Positions 9,200 to 20,103 of a DNA stretch of 37,691 nucleotides are shown piece by piece. The notes beneath the pieces are model-generated. The model saw only the letters and a program-made list of their open reading frames with translations, made no database searches and was not told where the DNA came from. The translations under genes were made by a program, and so were the position numbers. Each line of letters starts with the position of its first letter. Within the stretch, counting starts at the first letter, position 1. The DNA is from a virus (lineage: Duplodnaviria > Heunggongvirae > Uroviricota > Caudoviricetes), in the IMG/VR virus record IMGVR_UViG_2751185969_000015, positions 1-37,691 of that record. One strand, given 5' to 3'.

Positions 9200-9892
9200 T
9201 TAAAACAACGAGCCAAGCAGACCAAGACCAGCACCGATACCAGCACCCCACGGAGTTGATAGCTCGAGAGCACTGGCTATGCCACCACCCAAAAGCGCAC
9301 CGGATGCAGCACCACTAACACCCTGCCGCAATGCTGACGGTCGGTTGGCGTTTGCCGCTGCAAGAGCCGCGCTTTGCTGTGAAATCTGGCTCATGTTGTT
9401 GGCATATGTTTGCCCGGCGTTTGCCTGCCCCTGAAGAGCGCCAAGACCGATATTTGCCAGGTTGTTGTAATTGTTCATTTGTCCAGACAGCCATTGCTGA
9501 CCAAGCGTTGGTGCGATTGTTGCTAACTGATTACTGGTTGCGGTGGAACCCAATCCACCTGTTGCTTCCGCTGCCGCCAGACTCTGATAGCGAGCCTGAC
9601 CTGCAAGGTCTTTATACTGCTGAGAGTTGTAATACTGGTTAAGTGCCTGACCTTGCCCTTCCAGAGACGATAAGTTCTCAAGGCTGCCGACATACTTCCC
9701 AGCCAGAGGAGTAAACGGCTTCAGGTTGTTCATGATGGTGTTGAACTGCTGATTTTGCAGGTCTGCGGCATACTTCTGAGCTTCTGCGGCATACTTTGCA
9801 CTTTTATCAGAACTGCCACCTTTCCCGCCTTTTTCAGGGCAATACGGTTCCTCGCCGCGCAGTTTTCTGCCCAGCTTAAATGCATATAACAT
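9200..9892 (-). CDS. Ejection protein, P22 gp7-like
   Basis: 230-aa Gln/Ala/Gly-rich protein with a hydrophobic C-terminus (GALLGGGIASALELSTPWGAGIGAGLGLLGSLF), following the gp14 homolog. Confidence 0.65.
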   Translation of the reverse strand: MLYAFKLGRKLRGEEPYCPEKGGKGGSSDKSAKYAAEAQKYAADLQNQQFNTIMNNLKPFTPLAGKYVGSLENLSSLEGQGQALNQYYNSQQYKDLAGQARYQSLAAAEATGGLGSTATSNQLATIAPTLGQQWLSGQMNNYNNLANIGLGALQGQANAGQTYANNMSQISQQSAALAAANANRPSALRQGVSGAASGALLGGGIASALELSTPWGAGIGAGLGLLGSLF

Positions 9893-9894
9893 GG

Positions 9895-10350
9895 CTATCT
9901 CCCGTGATTCAGGAAGTCGATTAGTTCTTCACGTGTGGCGCTGTAAAACGTCACGTCATCCACGCCCTTGAAGTATTTCTTGATGGTTCCGACACGCTTA
10001 AGGCCAATCATTGCGCAGTACATCTGCCCGTGGCGGAATTTGCGTGCAGCGAACGATGTGACGCACTGAACGGTGGTGTTAGTCAGAATGTATCGCCAGA
10101 ACGCCAGCCCGATTTCCTTGCTGAATCCGCGAACCTCTGGCAGGTACATGGCGTGGCAATCGAATGTAAGCGGCTGAATCTCCTGATAGTAAACAATGCC
10201 GCCAAACTGACCGTGCACGTTAACCTCAAAGTAACGGCATTCAGGCTTGTAGTCGTATCCATCACCGTTGTTGCTCCCGGCAATAATGTCAGGGTGATTT
10301 CCGACTGCTTCTATCAGGTCGATGTTTCGCGTTGGTTTGAATGTAATCAT
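9895..10350 (-). CDS. Head/tail assembly protein, P22 gp14-like
   Basis: 151-aa ORF immediately after the tail-needle gene, in conserved synteny. Confidence 0.55.
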   Translation of the reverse strand: MITFKPTRNIDLIEAVGNHPDIIAGSNNGDGYDYKPECRYFEVNVHGQFGGIVYYQEIQPLTFDCHAMYLPEVRGFSKEIGLAFWRYILTNTTVQCVTSFAARKFRHGQMYCAMIGLKRVGTIKKYFKGVDDVTFYSATREELIDFLNHGR

Positions 10351-11051
10351 CAGTCAATCAGCCCATGTAATCTAAGTGCTGTTTCAAGCGCCAGAATACG
10401 CTGCCGCGCCTGCTGCAAACCTGTAGCGAGAGCTGCGACTTCGGATTGTGTGTACGTAGTGCCGACCGTGTATGACTGGTTAGCGTTGAATGAGCCAAGA
10501 AGAGGTGTACCTGTGGCTGCAGTCCATCCGGTATTTCTTGCTCCAACAACCTGAATTCCATCAACTGAATATGATGTTTTTACATCCAGCGGTGACGCAA
10601 GAGACTGCAATTTGGTTACGGTTTTCGATACGTAATCACTCTTAATGTCAGATACATCGCTTTCTACGCCATCCAGTCTTTTGTCAACAGTGACCAGATG
10701 CGCCTGAATATCGATAACCTCATCCAGCAAGTAATCAACATCGCTACGCAGTACGACTATCTTCCCTTCGGCGGTTGTTAACCTGACCTCAAGGAGATTT
10801 ATCGCTTTTGTGTTTGCGGTGATTCTTGAATCGTGATCTGCCAGTTCGACGTCCTGTTCATCGTTTTTCACCTGAGCATCGTAAGCGCCCTGACCAGCCT
10901 GATTTGCCTTCCCGGCAATTGCGCCGACATCAGCCCCCTGATTAATGACATACAGCAGGTAAGACTGGCTGAATATATTGCGTGGAAGGATTGATGTATC
11001 GAGCCGCGTCGCCTGCACAATAACAGGGGTGTTGAGATTCGAATCAGCCAT
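10350..11051 (-). CDS. Tail needle protein (P22 gp26-like)
   Basis: Start taken at internal ATG (11049-11051), overlapping the gp10 stop. [73 protein letters not shown]... closely resembles P22 gp26 (N-terminus and ...LRLHGLID C-terminus). Confidence 0.85.
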   Translation of the reverse strand: MADSNLNTPVIVQATRLDTSILPRNIFSQSYLLYVINQGADVGAIAGKANQAGQGAYDAQVKNDEQDVELADHDSRITANTKAINLLEVRLTTAEGKIVVLRSDVDYLLDEVIDIQAHLVTVDKRLDGVESDVSDIKSDYVSKTVTKLQSLASPLDVKTSYSVDGIQVVGARNTGWTAATGTPLLGSFNANQSYTVGTTYTQSEVAALATGLQQARQRILALETALRLHGLID

Positions 11052-12469
11052 TACTCGATCCTTATCTGAGCGCCAGACAGAGTGACAGGTGACTTCGTGA
11101 TAACGCGCAATTTGAAGCCGACATTTTTCCTGATGCGCCCTACTCGCTTCCACAAAACGCGTTTGTCGTAAACGAACGGTTCATTCTGCTCAATCATCTG
11201 CTCACGTCCGTAATTGATGCCGTCAGTGGTTGCAGAGAGGAACAGGCGGTCAGCGTACTGAGCAACACCAGTCGATGATTCAACTTCCAGATCAAAACAT
11301 CTGGCGTTCTCAGCTTTGAAGAGTGGTGTAAACAACAGGTGTTCTTGCTGTAGCCCATACTGGCTGCTGATATCGAACTGCAATTTGCCGATAACCGATT
11401 CCAGCTTATCGCCGCACGTTATCTGATTGCCTTCGTAAATGAAGTCGATAGCGCGGTACACATCGTCATACAGGCCTGTTTTCAGCACACACCATTGCGG
11501 ACCATTGGCGCTTGAAGATGCGTCGTACACGAGAACATGGCGCGGAAGGTGGATAATCAGCAACTCATGAGCATCAAAGCGCAACGATTCCATCACGCCA
11601 TCAGCCAGTTCATCAGCAGTGTAGGAGCGGAGGGTTTTCTCAATGCTCGCGCTGGCGATTGGTGACACCTGACCGGAGCCGATGATGTATACAGACGGCG
11701 CACCTGTTGCCGGATTGCTGATGAACGCATACGAATCAGCAAACGGCGTTTTGCAGTAGGTTCCGGCGATGCCTTTCTGCACCATCAGCGATGGCTGGGC
11801 GACATACAAAGCGGCACCAACAGTGGTTGCGCCCGTCAGGGAGAAATATTCAATCGTCGATGAGCCAAAGCAGACGATGAAGTCTCGCCATGTTCCGATA
11901 CCGATGATGCCGTCCGGCTGAGACTCGGCACGATATTGTGCGCTGTAACGGTCAGGATGCGATTCGTCTTCAAGGTCAGTGATAAACCATGAATCAGTGC
12001 CGTCTTTTGACCACGCATAACGCCCACGCAAGCGCGTAATGTCGCGGACTGAGCCTAACTCATACTGCGTGAATCCACTGTCTGTAGGCCAGTTTGAGAC
12101 GGTTTTAACCGTGCCATCATAGCGATACTCGACCAGTTGACCATTAACGCCTACAGCCTGAGATGTTCGACCATGCGCCATTGATACGCGACCACTTCCG
12201 GCGACGTCACCGACTTCACTTTCTCCTTTGTACAGCTTACCACCACATACGCGATAAACAGCATTCTGCGCCATGTTGTACTCGACGCCGCGAGATACAC
12301 CGTTCACATCAGAGCGTTTGGCAATGCCAGGGAATGAGCGAAGATATCCGCTGCTGTTCAGGATTTCTTTGGGTGTAGCCAACATATTCATTGGCAGATA
12401 GTCGATATAGTCGGCGTTTCTAAAGTCTTTGCCGACACCTTTCATAAGCGGAAGTTGCTGAATCGGCAT
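11051..12469 (-). CDS. Tail accessory / head-completion protein (P22 gp10-like)
   Basis: 472-aa ORF between the gp4 and gp26 homologs. Confidence 0.7.
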   Translation of the reverse strand: MPIQQLPLMKGVGKDFRNADYIDYLPMNMLATPKEILNSSGYLRSFPGIAKRSDVNGVSRGVEYNMAQNAVYRVCGGKLYKGESEVGDVAGSGRVSMAHGRTSQAVGVNGQLVEYRYDGTVKTVSNWPTDSGFTQYELGSVRDITRLRGRYAWSKDGTDSWFITDLEDESHPDRYSAQYRAESQPDGIIGIGTWRDFIVCFGSSTIEYFSLTGATTVGAALYVAQPSLMVQKGIAGTYCKTPFADSYAFISNPATGAPSVYIIGSGQVSPIASASIEKTLRSYTADELADGVMESLRFDAHELLIIHLPRHVLVYDASSSANGPQWCVLKTGLYDDVYRAIDFIYEGNQITCGDKLESVIGKLQFDISSQYGLQQEHLLFTPLFKAENARCFDLEVESSTGVAQYADRLFLSATTDGINYGREQMIEQNEPFVYDKRVLWKRVGRIRKNVGFKLRVITKSPVTLSGAQIRIE

Positions 12470-12478
12470 TTATTCACC

Positions 12479-12940
12479 TCACGTACTCGGATCATCTTTC
12501 TCGATGTAAAACCGATTCCACGTAAACGCGCTTTTTAACCCCGCCCCGCGAGGCATATCATTTCGCCGCTCAAGTGGTGGTATTTTGGTTAAAGCGATAC
12601 AGATTGTTTGATATGCACTGTCAGCAGCGGTAAGGAGAGCGTCTGACGGCTGAATGACGTTATCCATGCACACTTGCACAGCGAGTTTCAAAGCGACGCC
12701 ATCATTTGCCCATGCAGGGATACCTGAATCATCGTCAGGTAACGGCATGATGCCGTTTTCTGTATCAGCAAACTGATATCCAAGCTCGATACCTTTAGCC
12801 TGCCATGCTGCCATCATGTCTTCGAGGTCATTAATGGCATCTTCAATTGCCTGAGGGTCAGCATCTGTCAACGTGGCATTGGAATACAGCCCGGCTTTTC
12901 GTAAAGCCTTTAGAACGAGATCACCCTTCGTTTTCGCCAT
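12479..12940 (-). CDS. Tail accessory protein (P22 gp4-like)
   Basis: 153-aa ORF in the gp4 position, downstream of the coat gene. Confidence 0.65.
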   Translation of the reverse strand: MAKTKGDLVLKALRKAGLYSNATLTDADPQAIEDAINDLEDMMAAWQAKGIELGYQFADTENGIMPLPDDDSGIPAWANDGVALKLAVQVCMDNVIQPSDALLTAADSAYQTICIALTKIPPLERRNDMPRGAGLKSAFTWNRFYIEKDDPST

Positions 12941-13109
12941 CTTCTTCCGCCTTAGCCACTTTTTGCTTCGTTGCGGTTTCTTCAGGAGTTTTTACCCAGC
13001 CTTTTTTCAGGTGAGATTTAACTTCTTCGTCATCAACGATGATGTAATCGACAGCAAACTGACCACAGGTGATCATGTTGCCAGGCTTATAGAGCATTGT
13101 TCGTGCCAT
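12921..13109 (-). CDS. Small hypothetical protein between coat and gp4 genes
   Basis: Start at ATG 13107-13109 (MARTMLYKPGNMITCGQFAVDYIIVDDEEVKSHLKKGW...) with GGAGAA RBS. The track start at 13145 is an upstream extension. Confidence 0.5.
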   Translation of the reverse strand: MARTMLYKPGNMITCGQFAVDYIIVDDEEVKSHLKKGWVKTPEETATKQKVAKAEEDGENEG

Positions 13110-13124
13110 TGTCTTCTCCCAATA

Positions 13125-13145
13125 AAAATGGGGCCGAAGCCCCAA
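13125..13145 (-). terminator. Terminator/attenuator downstream of the coat gene
   Basis: Hairpin GGGGC-cgaa-GCCCC (13129-13142) followed by a U-run on the minus strand, immediately after the coat stop. Confidence 0.55.
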
Positions 13146-13150
13146 TAAAA

Positions 13151-14416
13151 TTACTGCCCGGCAATAACGATGCCCGTATATTCAGGAACAAGTACAGAGC
13201 AACCGTACAGAGTGGTGAAACGCGCAGTGGTTACGCCTTTGATGTGGTCGAAGGCGTAAGACATGATCAGCGTAGCGCCCTGCTCGGTGGTTGCAGTCAT
13301 TACCTGTGGACCCTGACCAGTCGGGAACGCCAGTTTGCCGTACATCAGCTCAACAGAACCATCAGCCCAGAACAGGTTAGCCGGTGCGGCTTTTTTGTTG
13401 AGAATGGTGATTACTGCATTATTTGCCGCATTAGCATCAACGTTTGCATATGGACGGCTGGCGGTATCCGTGTTGTTAGGCGGCAGAATTTTCGGAGAGA
13501 TTGTTACGGTGGTTCCTGCTGTGTCTACTGCCAGAACGCGGAATACCTGCGGTTGCCCGGTGGTATCTTTGGTGATCTGGTGTACGGAATTCACACCTGC
13601 GATGGTAAACGCATCGCCAACCTGCAAACCCGCAGCAGATACCTTAATTGTCCCCTGTCGGTTATCAACAGGCATACCATTAACATCTTTCGCTTCAACC
13701 TTGTGCTTAGGTTCTTCAGTCAGCTTAATGCCATTTTCTACAGTCTTACCCTCCGGAACACGACCGGAAATATCGGTCTTGTAGCTATCAAAGGAAGCAA
13801 CCGGAGGGATCTGCGCTTTTTCGTATGCTGTCAGGGTTGCGCCCTGAGCATAGGCACGGTGACCAAGCTCGCCAGCAAGGTCTTTGTAGTTGAAGGGGTT
13901 CCAGAAAGAGCGACGATTGATACCCTGCGGTACACCAATCGCCGTCATGGTGGCATCAATACCTGCCGCACAGTTCCACAAATCACGGCCCTGTGTGCCT
14001 GTGGTTGAGTCAGCCATCGTGATCACGTTAGTAGCACGCTGCGTGACCATGGAAATCAGGTCCGAGTCAATCTGTGCAGCAAGGCGCATACCTGCGGCGC
14101 GACCAGCTTCAGTTTTATGTTCCGGGTCACGCATTTCACGCGCATCCAGAGTGTACAGAATGTTTTTCGGCTCCTTGAACACAGAAGGAACAAGGCGCTG
14201 AACCAGTGCTGTTGGCGTTTTGCCGCTGAGGTCTAGGCCCTCCTCAATGTTCATGTGGTAATGCTGCGGACGATACAGAACATCACCTGCTCGCTGCATT
14301 GCTGTATCACCGGGACGGAATTTTTTAGCGTTACGGGAAACTACGCAGGCGGCCTCAAAGCCTTCAACGTAGTTTTCGAACATGATTTCAAGGTCTTTTG
14401 CTAATTGGTTAGCCAT
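13151..14416 (-). CDS. Major capsid (coat) protein, Sf6/P22-like
   Basis: 421-aa ORF immediately downstream of the scaffold gene. Confidence 0.85.
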   Translation of the reverse strand: MANQLAKDLEIMFENYVEGFEAACVVSRNAKKFRPGDTAMQRAGDVLYRPQHYHMNIEEGLDLSGKTPTALVQRLVPSVFKEPKNILYTLDAREMRDPEHKTEAGRAAGMRLAAQIDSDLISMVTQRATNVITMADSTTGTQGRDLWNCAAGIDATMTAIGVPQGINRRSFWNPFNYKDLAGELGHRAYAQGATLTAYEKAQIPPVASFDSYKTDISGRVPEGKTVENGIKLTEEPKHKVEAKDVNGMPVDNRQGTIKVSAAGLQVGDAFTIAGVNSVHQITKDTTGQPQVFRVLAVDTAGTTVTISPKILPPNNTDTASRPYANVDANAANNAVITILNKKAAPANLFWADGSVELMYGKLAFPTGQGPQVMTATTEQGATLIMSYAFDHIKGVTTARFTTLYGCSVLVPEYTGIVIAGQ

Positions 14417-14434
14417 GCTTAATGCTCCGATAGG

Positions 14435-15328
14435 TTATTTTTTTGCCTTTTTAGCGGCGAAATACGGCGTCCAGTCACCAGTTTCCAGCGCCTTGGCTTT
14501 CAGTTTGTCGAGGTTATTGATTACTGCGCCGTTGCTCCCCTTAACTGTCGGGGTTGTGGCTGCCGTGGTTTTTGCTTTTGGCATGATTCTGGCCTTCGAT
14601 TCGATACGTTCCAGCAGACGACCAATTGCTACGGGGTTGGTAGCTTCTGCCAGTTGCTTGCGCAGTTCAGCGTTGCGACCGAGTGCCAGAACAACGATTT
14701 CCGGCTTCTCTGACTCAAACAGGATCGCGTTTTGTGTCTCGATGGGGATTTCCTCGAGTACGGCCTGCTCAGCTTCCTGATAGCCAGGAACTTTGAGAGC
14801 CTTAACACGTTGCTGATATTTGGATAATCGCTCTTGATAGGCAGCCTGAAGCTCCTGCTCCTTCTGCTTGCGAGCCATCTCCTGTTGCTGGTACTTGCCG
14901 TTATCCTCTGCCCACTTAGCCATGCGTTGCTGGTAGATTTCTTCATCGAAACCGATGTCCTCATCATCCAGTTTTGGCATTCGCGGTGGTTGAGTGATTA
15001 CCGGCTGCTGCTCGACGGGTTTCTGAGACTGACGCATCAGCTCTTTCAGCTCGCGGTCTTTCTCTTTAATCGTCTTGCGCAGGTGTTTTACCAGTCCATG
15101 CTCTGCGCCATCTTCGCTGGTTGGCGAATCCAGCTTTTCGTCACCAAAGTAGAATTCCTGTTCTGATTCGTCGTCATCAGTTTCAGTAGCTTCCTCTGCA
15201 TCATTGCCGGAGGACTCACTGCCATCTTCTGTTTCGACTTCTTCAGCCAGTTCGACATCATCAGGAATCTGCTCTGACGCGTCGGTTTCGATTTCAACTT
15301 CTGGTGTGTTTTCTGCCATCTGGTCCAT
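14435..15328 (-). CDS. Scaffolding protein
   Basis: 297-aa highly acidic, coiled-coil-rich protein (MDQMAENTPEVEIETDASEQIPDD...) between portal and coat. Confidence 0.8.
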   Translation of the reverse strand: MDQMAENTPEVEIETDASEQIPDDVELAEEVETEDGSESSGNDAEEATETDDDESEQEFYFGDEKLDSPTSEDGAEHGLVKHLRKTIKEKDRELKELMRQSQKPVEQQPVITQPPRMPKLDDEDIGFDEEIYQQRMAKWAEDNGKYQQQEMARKQKEQELQAAYQERLSKYQQRVKALKVPGYQEAEQAVLEEIPIETQNAILFESEKPEIVVLALGRNAELRKQLAEATNPVAIGRLLERIESKARIMPKAKTTAATTPTVKGSNGAVINNLDKLKAKALETGDWTPYFAAKKAKK

Positions 15329-15418
15329 TTGTTACCCCTGTTTACTCGATGTTCAGCCCATCGGAAGGCAATAGGGTGCCAGGCCTCATAAAGACAGCCA
15401 TTGCACGTTATTGGTTAA

Positions 15419-17617
15419 TTACTGCTGTGGTTGTTGCTGGGTTGATTTTTGCAGGATGCTGCTGATGTCCATTCGTTGTGCATGGCCCTGTGCCTGACTT
15501 TTCAGGACAAGCTCTGCATCAGCACGGGCATTGTCTCCTTGCTGTTGCTGGAACTGTCCGAGCAGTTTCAGCGCCTCACGGATATCAGATTTTTGCTGGC
15601 TATCGGCAGATGCGAGGATTTTCACAACATTTGCCGCAGCAACCTGAGCATCCGTCTGTGCCTGGAATGCTTTAACCTGAATGGCTGCTTGTTCGTTCTG
15701 CGCTTTCTGCAATTCAGCCTGACCAGCAAGAAGCTGACCTTGCGCAGCAACCATAGCCGGATCTGGCTGACTGGCCTGTTGTTGTTTCGCTTGTTCAACC
15801 ATCTGCTGTTCTTCAGGCGTTCTCGGCTTGATAACGCCAGACAGAAGCAACTGATTGCGGTTGTATTCTTTAAGGTCGTCCATCCCTTCGCCGTCCATAT
15901 TGTCGAGAATCATCGACGATACAAGGTCGTGCTTCTGCGTTCCTGGTGGGATAAGTGCCAGCATGGAAAGTAACGACTTAACCGTTGCATCACGGCGAGT
16001 AGCAAACGACTGACCAACATCGACAGTCACTTCATAGTTACCCTGCGAAAGGTCGTTAAGAGCGATAACCTGCCCTGTCTGACGGTCAACCACTTCACCA
16101 GTCATCAGCGCCACGTCATCGCTGCCGTCCTCATTAACGATACGCATCGGCGTATCACTTCCATAGACCTCACGCGCCATAGAAAGCCACACAACGCCAG
16201 CGCGACGCATGGATTTAGCCATGTTGTCCATGTAGATATAGGACTGCGTGTCCATCCGGTTAAAGATGCTATCAACGGTATCGGTGGCGACGTTGCTCGG
16301 CATGTTCTCAAGCTGCGACGCACCTGTAATTTGCTGAATAGCCGTTCCGGTGTACTGTAATAGCCCGGCAAGAGCAGGAGGCATTTGTGTTGGAGGTGTA
16401 TAACTGCTGACCTGAGCCTGCGCAGTAATATCTCCATTTTTGTTTTTCAGACTGACCATCGGCAGGAACGCCGGGCGCTTTTTGTTGCGCTCCGCCCAAT
16501 GAGTGGCGAGAGGGCCAGGAATCATGTCAACATCAACTACAGGAATGCCATCACCGCCAGCCTGAGTGGCGTTATCTGCAATCATGGAAACCATCAGGTT
16601 CTCAAGACGCTGTGCATCCATCGCTTTTGCTGCGTGGCCTTCGATTCGCTCCTGATTATCAACAAATGAACGACGCCCATATACCGGGATGAGTGGAATA
16701 TGTTCGCCAGGAATACGCTTCGGTTCTTCCAGCCATTCAGCGCCAGACAGAAGGCCGCAATAAACGCGGCGTTTCTTCACCGTTCGCTCACCAATCAGTT
16801 CGAATGCGCCATCGGTCAGCTCGTCGACAATATCTTTGATTTGCTCTTCATCATAGATTGCCGTTTCTCCGCTGACAGGATTGCGCCACGCCGTGAGCTT
16901 CACCTTCTCTATGCGAACTTCGTAGTAGCGTCCAACATAGATGGCATCTGGCGTTGACCAGTCATACTGAGTACCAGTGTCATCACGAGAAAGGCTTGCC
17001 GCGATGGAATCAGGGTATTCAGCCTCGAACGCTTTAGGCGTCATGGAGAACATTTCCATAGCCCACATAGCATCAGAGCGGTCATATTGCTTGCTGTCCT
17101 GATCGAAGAAGACGCATGTCGCTGGGTCGTAAACAGGAAGAAGGCTGATGCGTCGCTGCTCGTTACTTGGGTCCATTTCATCTTCGTAATCGGCACACAT
17201 GCGGAAACAACCGAATCCGCCTGTTACAGCATCATCAAATGCGTTATCACACGCTTCGCCACCGGATGTTTCCTGATAGTCAGCGCGGAATTTGCCGTTC
17301 ATCTTTTCGGCTAACGCTTCCGATGCCTTATCGTCCTTCGGCCTGAATTTAACGCTGATGCGATTCTGTCGATACTCGCCAATGATGCGATCACATTCAC
17401 GGGCAATCTTATTCAGTTCAAAGCGCGGGTAATGCTCAAACCTGCCTTCATCAAATGAGTAACCAGCGTTTGTGCTGCCTTCCCACTGTGCGCCGGACAC
17501 CCGGACGAAACGTTGAGCCTCAATAATCTGCTCACGCATATCCTGCGTTGCTGACCAGGCATTATCAAAGTTGCACAGCACCTTGCGATGCCAGTCAGTC
17601 ATCTTTTTTTCTGCCAT
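15419..17617 (-). CDS. Portal protein
   Basis: 732-aa ORF immediately downstream of the large terminase gene, with the Gln-rich C-terminal barrel-like tail typical of P22-family portals. Confidence 0.85.
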   Translation of the reverse strand: MAEKKMTDWHRKVLCNFDNAWSATQDMREQIIEAQRFVRVSGAQWEGSTNAGYSFDEGRFEHYPRFELNKIARECDRIIGEYRQNRISVKFRPKDDKASEALAEKMNGKFRADYQETSGGEACDNAFDDAVTGGFGCFRMCADYEDEMDPSNEQRRISLLPVYDPATCVFFDQDSKQYDRSDAMWAMEMFSMTPKAFEAEYPDSIAASLSRDDTGTQYDWSTPDAIYVGRYYEVRIEKVKLTAWRNPVSGETAIYDEEQIKDIVDELTDGAFELIGERTVKKRRVYCGLLSGAEWLEEPKRIPGEHIPLIPVYGRRSFVDNQERIEGHAAKAMDAQRLENLMVSMIADNATQAGGDGIPVVDVDMIPGPLATHWAERNKKRPAFLPMVSLKNKNGDITAQAQVSSYTPPTQMPPALAGLLQYTGTAIQQITGASQLENMPSNVATDTVDSIFNRMDTQSYIYMDNMAKSMRRAGVVWLSMAREVYGSDTPMRIVNEDGSDDVALMTGEVVDRQTGQVIALNDLSQGNYEVTVDVGQSFATRRDATVKSLLSMLALIPPGTQKHDLVSSMILDNMDGEGMDDLKEYNRNQLLLSGVIKPRTPEEQQMVEQAKQQQASQPDPAMVAAQGQLLAGQAELQKAQNEQAAIQVKAFQAQTDAQVAAANVVKILASADSQQKSDIREALKLLGQFQQQQGDNARADAELVLKSQAQGHAQRMDISSILQKSTQQQPQQ

Positions 17618-17618
17618 A

Positions 17619-19034
17619 TCAACCTACACCACAAGGAATTGAGTAACTGGAATAGTCGGGTTGCGCAGCCGACTCCGGGCAATGCATACACATCATCAGT
17701 GCATCAGCCAGGTTAGGAGATGGAATACCGAGCTTCTGCTTCATTTCGACCTTAGTCATAAGCTCCAGCTTCCCGTTATTATTGAATTTGCGCTGAATCT
17801 GCGTCAGTTCTGCAAACAGCTTCTCCAGCATCTTCTCGCCTATCACTTCTTTGTCGAAACTCAGCATGTCGTCGGGGTCTGCATACTCACCGTGGACAAC
17901 CGCCCGATATGTCAGATACAGCCTGTCAGCCAGCGCGTAATAGAATTGCGCTCGCTTATTGCGGAATACATCGCCAATAGTGCGAACGTTGTCGCCCTGT
18001 ACGACTTCATCAGCCCATGCTCCGGCCTGATACGGAGCATCTTCATCGAATGGCGATTCGCTGCCCTTGAACATCGTGGCGGTGATTTTCTTGCCGGAGA
18101 ACGCTTCCGTTGTCTGTCTGCGTAGCCCGGCACCGACACCATCGCCATCCCACAGGTAGTGGTCAGCGCCGTCTTCAATCGCCAGCGAAGTAGCCCAGTC
18201 AGCACCCTCGTTGATGTCCATCAGCAGGCCTTCGGCAATGCGCTTAACCACCGAACCGTGACGCGATGCGTAACCTTTAGCATCTGGCCCTGTATCTGAC
18301 GGGTCATGCGCAGAGACAACCGCGCCTTTCGCTTTCCATCCGAGTTTCTTGTGCGCATCGGTTGCGGCTTCAAGCCATTCACGTTTGATGATTGCCATAT
18401 CACTTGCGCTTACTGGCTCACCAAGCCAGATGTGACGATACAGTGTCGGATTTCTGCGTTTACACTCTTCCATCTCCAGACGGAGAACTTCAGGAAAGTG
18501 CGGGTTGTCGGTGTAGTTCACCGTCAGCAGACAAATATCATCAGGAGGATTTACGACGAATCGCTGATAGGTATCGTCGAGGATGTTCTTCGGGTTAAAG
18601 CTCACCCATATTTCGGAAAACGGCTTGCGGATGGTTGGTATCAGGATATCCCACGATTCCTTTGTTACCGCTTCCGCTTCTTCCACCCAGCAGATATCAA
18701 TGCCTTCGAGCGATTTAATCTTCGTCGGGTTGTTTTTGATGCCGTAGAACATGAATTCAGCATTCGTTCCGAGATGACGAATCATTGAACGCTGAATTTC
18801 AAACTCAGCCGAATACCCTTCACGCTCGATGGTGTCTTCAAGCAACCTGATTACCGAATCGCTGATACTGTTTTGCAGCTCACGAGCGCAAAGAATACGC
18901 ACAGGCTGCCGACGCGCCGCTTCAACAAGAAGCCTCGCAATTGCCCATGACTTACCGCTACCTCGACCGCCTTTGGCGACTTTGTAGCGATGCGCCTCAA
19001 TGAACGGTTCAAAGATAGGATTAATCGAGGTCAT
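17619..19034 (-). CDS. Terminase large subunit
   Basis: 471 aa; Walker A P-loop VAKGGRGSGKSWAIAR near the N-terminus. Confidence 0.9.
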   Translation of the reverse strand: MTSINPIFEPFIEAHRYKVAKGGRGSGKSWAIARLLVEAARRQPVRILCARELQNSISDSVIRLLEDTIEREGYSAEFEIQRSMIRHLGTNAEFMFYGIKNNPTKIKSLEGIDICWVEEAEAVTKESWDILIPTIRKPFSEIWVSFNPKNILDDTYQRFVVNPPDDICLLTVNYTDNPHFPEVLRLEMEECKRRNPTLYRHIWLGEPVSASDMAIIKREWLEAATDAHKKLGWKAKGAVVSAHDPSDTGPDAKGYASRHGSVVKRIAEGLLMDINEGADWATSLAIEDGADHYLWDGDGVGAGLRRQTTEAFSGKKITATMFKGSESPFDEDAPYQAGAWADEVVQGDNVRTIGDVFRNKRAQFYYALADRLYLTYRAVVHGEYADPDDMLSFDKEVIGEKMLEKLFAELTQIQRKFNNNGKLELMTKVEMKQKLGIPSPNLADALMMCMHCPESAAQPDYSSYSIPCGVG

Positions 19035-19456
19035 TTTCCGAATAGAGTGCTCATCGGTGATGTTTCAATCTGGATTGCGCCGCCGTCTTTGCCGACAAGC
19101 TCATTAGTTACCTTGTCGCCATACTTACGGGGATTCATTCTGGCCAGCGCCCATTTGCGGGTATCAACGCGAAGTCTTGCCTTTGCCACCTCGGCAGCAT
19201 CAGGGATTACGTCGTCAGCAATTTCGAATATCTCTTCGAAAATAGAGTCGGCCCGAGTCTCTGTTGCCTTCGCGTACTGGTCACGAAACTCCTGATGTTC
19301 AGCCAGCCAGCGAAAAACTGATGTTTTGCTCGGCATTCCTGGGCGTTCGCAAACTTTGCGCAGACTCTCACCGGAGGAAAGCAATGCGCAAATGTCATTA
19401 GCCACCTCCGGCATATAATCAGAGGGGCGACCACCTTTCTTTTTCTCAGTCGCCAT
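19031..19456 (-). CDS. Terminase small subunit (Sf6 gp1-like)
   Basis: MATEKKKGGRPSDYMPEVANDICALLSSGESLRKVCERPGMPSKTSVFRWLAEHQEF... matches the Sf6-type small terminase as I recall it; overlaps the large terminase start. Confidence 0.8.
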   Translation of the reverse strand: MATEKKKGGRPSDYMPEVANDICALLSSGESLRKVCERPGMPSKTSVFRWLAEHQEFRDQYAKATETRADSIFEEIFEIADDVIPDAAEVAKARLRVDTRKWALARMNPRKYGDKVTNELVGKDGGAIQIETSPMSTLFGK

Positions 19457-19535
19457 ATTGATTATTTCCCTTCTGCTTGCTTATCCCATTCATCGCGGAA
19501 TTTGGATGGGTTGTCGAAACCTTGAGTTGCCATGT

Positions 19536-19778
19536 TTACGCTCCGGTAGTGAACAGGTCTAACGCTTCCTTCGATTTACGCACCGCTTCGATAGTGCGGG
19601 TCGTGATATCCGAATTAGCGCCGCCTGACTGGAAGTGAATTTTGAATAGCTCAAGCTTCAGTTCGTCAGTGCCAATGAATTGAAATGCTTCTTCTGCGGC
19701 TGCGTTCTGGTTCATGACCAGTTTGTAAATCTCTAACTGGAATTTCTGTTCTTCAGTCATGGGAATAATCTCTGCCAT
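19536..19778 (-). CDS. Hypothetical protein upstream of terminase
   Basis: 80-aa ORF MAEIIPMTEEQKFQLEIYKLV... with GGAG RBS. Confidence 0.5.
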   Translation of the reverse strand: MAEIIPMTEEQKFQLEIYKLVMNQNAAAEEAFQFIGTDELKLELFKIHFQSGGANSDITTRTIEAVRKSKEALDLFTTGA

Positions 19779-19884
19779 TGTTGGCTCCGTTTATCCGTTA
19801 AAAGGGATATCAGTTAAGTTATCCCGTGTAGGGTATAAGCCATTATCAAAGCCACTCAGTAAGGAATGGCTTTTGTGATAGCAA

Positions 19885-19908
19885 TAAAAAAGGCCGCCTG
19901 GGCGACCT
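19885..19908 (-). terminator. Rho-independent terminator between the lysis-distal ORFs and the packaging genes
   Basis: On the minus strand, hairpin GGUCGC-ccag-GCGGCC (one U-G wobble) followed by UUUUUUUAUU (complement of 19885-19891). Confidence 0.6.
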
Positions 19909-19917
19909 GTTAGTTGT

Positions 19918-20103
19918 TCACAACTTCCATTGAAGGTCCAGTATGTCGAAAAATGATCCGCATTTAGGGGGATTTTCCATTCTTGCCCTCTCTTCAGCCG
20001 CTTTGTAATAAGCCATTGGCCTTTTCACACCATCAGCACCAGTGATATATTCAACGCCTTCCTTCTGGTCTTTGTTTACGGAAACCATCGCAACATCTTC
20101 CAC
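19918..20103 (-). CDS. Hypothetical small protein (GTG start)
   Basis: 61-aa ORF MEDVAMVSVNKDQKEGVEYITGADGVKRPMAYYKAAEERARMENPPKCGSFFDILDLQWKL; GTG start, weak evidence. Confidence 0.35.
   Translation of the reverse strand: MEDVAMVSVNKDQKEGVEYITGADGVKRPMAYYKAAEERARMENPPKCGSFFDILDLQWKL

Noticed and set aside
13097-14008. 303-aa plus-strand ORF
   Set aside because: Antisense to the coat protein gene; Cys/Arg-rich translation typical of a non-coding frame.
18306-18788. 160-aa plus-strand ORF (and other ORFs antisense to terminase, portal and ejection genes)
   Set aside because: Embedded antisense in strongly supported structural genes; no independent signals.
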